Source of the DNA: Methanoregula sp.
GTDB taxonomy: Archaea; Halobacteriota; Methanomicrobia; Methanomicrobiales; Methanospirillaceae
Assembly: GCA_039698055.1 (NCBI GenBank)
Contig: JBDKTL010000038.1
Coordinates: 1-36,353, forward strand
DNA: 36,353 bases
Direction of reading: 5' to 3'
Shown: positions 34,948 to 36,353 of the stretch, piece after piece
Layout of the letters: each line of letters begins with the position of its first letter
How positions within the stretch are numbered: the first letter of the stretch is position 1
Made by a program: the position numbers and the translations under genes
The notes under the pieces: model-generated
Databases searched by the model: none
The model's input: the letters and a program-made list of their open reading frames with translations, nothing else
What the model was told of the DNA's origin: nothing

Positions 34948-36153
34948 TTATGGAGGAAACGATCCCTGTATATGTCGCGGGATCACGCATTCTTCGAATT
35001 GTTTGGCAAAATACCGGTCAGTCATCCCGGCAATAAAGTCCCGCACGAGCTCGGCGGGTGTTGCCGACTGGACATAGATCCGGCTGATCCAGTCTGCATC
35101 CATAAAATCGGTAATAATCTTTGAGTGGCGGGTATCATCCTCAATATCATCGAGATAATGGGTAAAGAGTGTCTGGTACATCAGCTCAATTTTCCCCCTC
35201 TCTGCGGTGAGTTTCGGGTTGTCATAGATGCATTGTTTTGAAAATGCCCTGAGTTTGATCAGCATCTGTTCAATATCATGGCTGTAGGAGATGAATCCTT
35301 CATTTTCACTGTCGCTGTTCCCGAGAAGATCATAGATGAGGGTGTTGATGATGACTGCATTGATTGTTTTTGGGTTATTTGTCCCTAAAATCCTGATGCA
35401 CTCCTCCGGGATGGGCGGCGCGTCGTCGATAAGTCCTACTTCGCGTGCGTCCTGCAAATCCCGCCCGATATATGCAATCGTATCAGCAAATTTAACGACA
35501 CATCCTTCAAGTGTCATGGGTGCCCGCGATCGTATGTCCTCCGAATTATCCTGCACTTTCTTGTCAAATGCCAGCCAGTCGGGGCAGGGTTCCGGTGAGA
35601 TACGGACATCGTCTGCTTCACCATTATGGCATAAAATCCCGTCCAGCACCTGCATCGACAGGTCACAGTCTTCAATCTGATCGAGAAAACGCACGCTCTG
35701 GACATTATGAAAAAACCTGCCAATCCCGTACCGTTCGCAGAGCCGGGAAAGACAGGTTTCGCCAAAATGCCCGTAGGGAATGTGGCCGATATCATGGCCA
35801 AGGGCGATAGCTTCGATAAGATCTTCGTTTAACCGCAGGCAGCGCCCGATCGTACGGGCGATCTTTGAGACCAGCTGGACATGGATGACCCGGTGAGTGA
35901 TGTGATCGTTTTCAACGAGATAAAACACCTGTGTCTTATCGATATACCGGGTGTATGCCCGGGTATGGATAATCCGGTCTGCATCGCGGGAGAACGGTGT
36001 CCGGATATCTTCGGGTTTTTTATTATATCGCCGGACTGCATCGGTGCTCGTTGTCGCAAGCGGAGAAAGAAGTGCTTCCCTCCGCGCAGTAACCGTACGA
36101 ATGAACGAACCTGTGTCCGTTGGGATGGAAGGTGTCTGTACAGGGTGATGCAT
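34948..36153 (-). CDS. HD-domain dNTP triphosphohydrolase (dGTPase-like)
   Basis: RTPFSRDADRI, KTQVF, THRVIH, GHDIGHIPYGHFGE, ADTIAY, DFIAGMTDRY. Confidence 0.9.
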   Translation of the reverse strand: MHHPVQTPSIPTDTGSFIRTVTARREALLSPLATTSTDAVRRYNKKPEDIRTPFSRDADRIIHTRAYTRYIDKTQVFYLVENDHITHRVIHVQLVSKIARTIGRCLRLNEDLIEAIALGHDIGHIPYGHFGETCLSRLCERYGIGRFFHNVQSVRFLDQIEDCDLSMQVLDGILCHNGEADDVRISPEPCPDWLAFDKKVQDNSEDIRSRAPMTLEGCVVKFADTIAYIGRDLQDAREVGLIDDAPPIPEECIRILGTNNPKTINAVIINTLIYDLLGNSDSENEGFISYSHDIEQMLIKLRAFSKQCIYDNPKLTAERGKIELMYQTLFTHYLDDIEDDTRHSKIITDFMDADWISRIYVQSATPAELVRDFIAGMTDRYFAKQFEECVIPRHIQGSFPP

Positions 36154-36353
36154 GTATTGGTTTCAGGCTCAATTCTGTTTTTGGCGTTATTAATAGTGAT
36201 GCTTGCGAATTGTGCATGGCAGTTAGGTTGTGGAATCCCGAATTAATTTTACACATATAACCATTTCTTCGCATAATCCAAAATCCTCTCCGGAGGCAAT
36301 TTGTACCAGAAGACGTTACACGGTTCATCCCAGTTGAGACTCATGTGAGGCTT

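Noticed and set aside
34948-36153. dGTPase as an anti-phage nucleotide-depletion system
   Set aside because: Outside the island, near-host composition and compact size fit a housekeeping HD dNTPase; nothing here supports a defence role.

Overview
Archaeal methanogen DNA; the gene set (FmdE, ACT/DUF5612 protein, Sua5, solo Cas4-like protein, CCA-less tRNAs) suggests Methanomicrobiales (Methanoregula-like), by inference. The GC-rich backbone carries transport, redox, thiamine-salvage (thiM-thiE) and tRNA-related genes, plus tRNA-Thr(CGT) and tRNA-Gly(CCC). The window opens in the 3' end of an IS1595-family element. A ~9.9 kb AT-rich island (15258-25132) is integrated in the tRNA-Thr 3' end and bounded by an exact 18-bp direct repeat. 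It encodes a tyrosine integrase, a Panacea-like/PIN gene pair, a ~1585-aa PD-(D/E)XK nuclease-STAND NTPase (Avs-like), an unknown multi-pass membrane protein and a small phage-type protein. Other notable items: a PAPS-reductase/DndC-like plus cysteine desulfurase fusion, a ~35-bp-period GGTACC palindromic repeat array just upstream of tRNA-Thr, a beta-helix receptor Ser/Thr kinase paired with a wHTH-FHA regulator, and a methyltransferase frameshifted in a C6 run. All family calls come from motif recognition by eye; no database searches were run.
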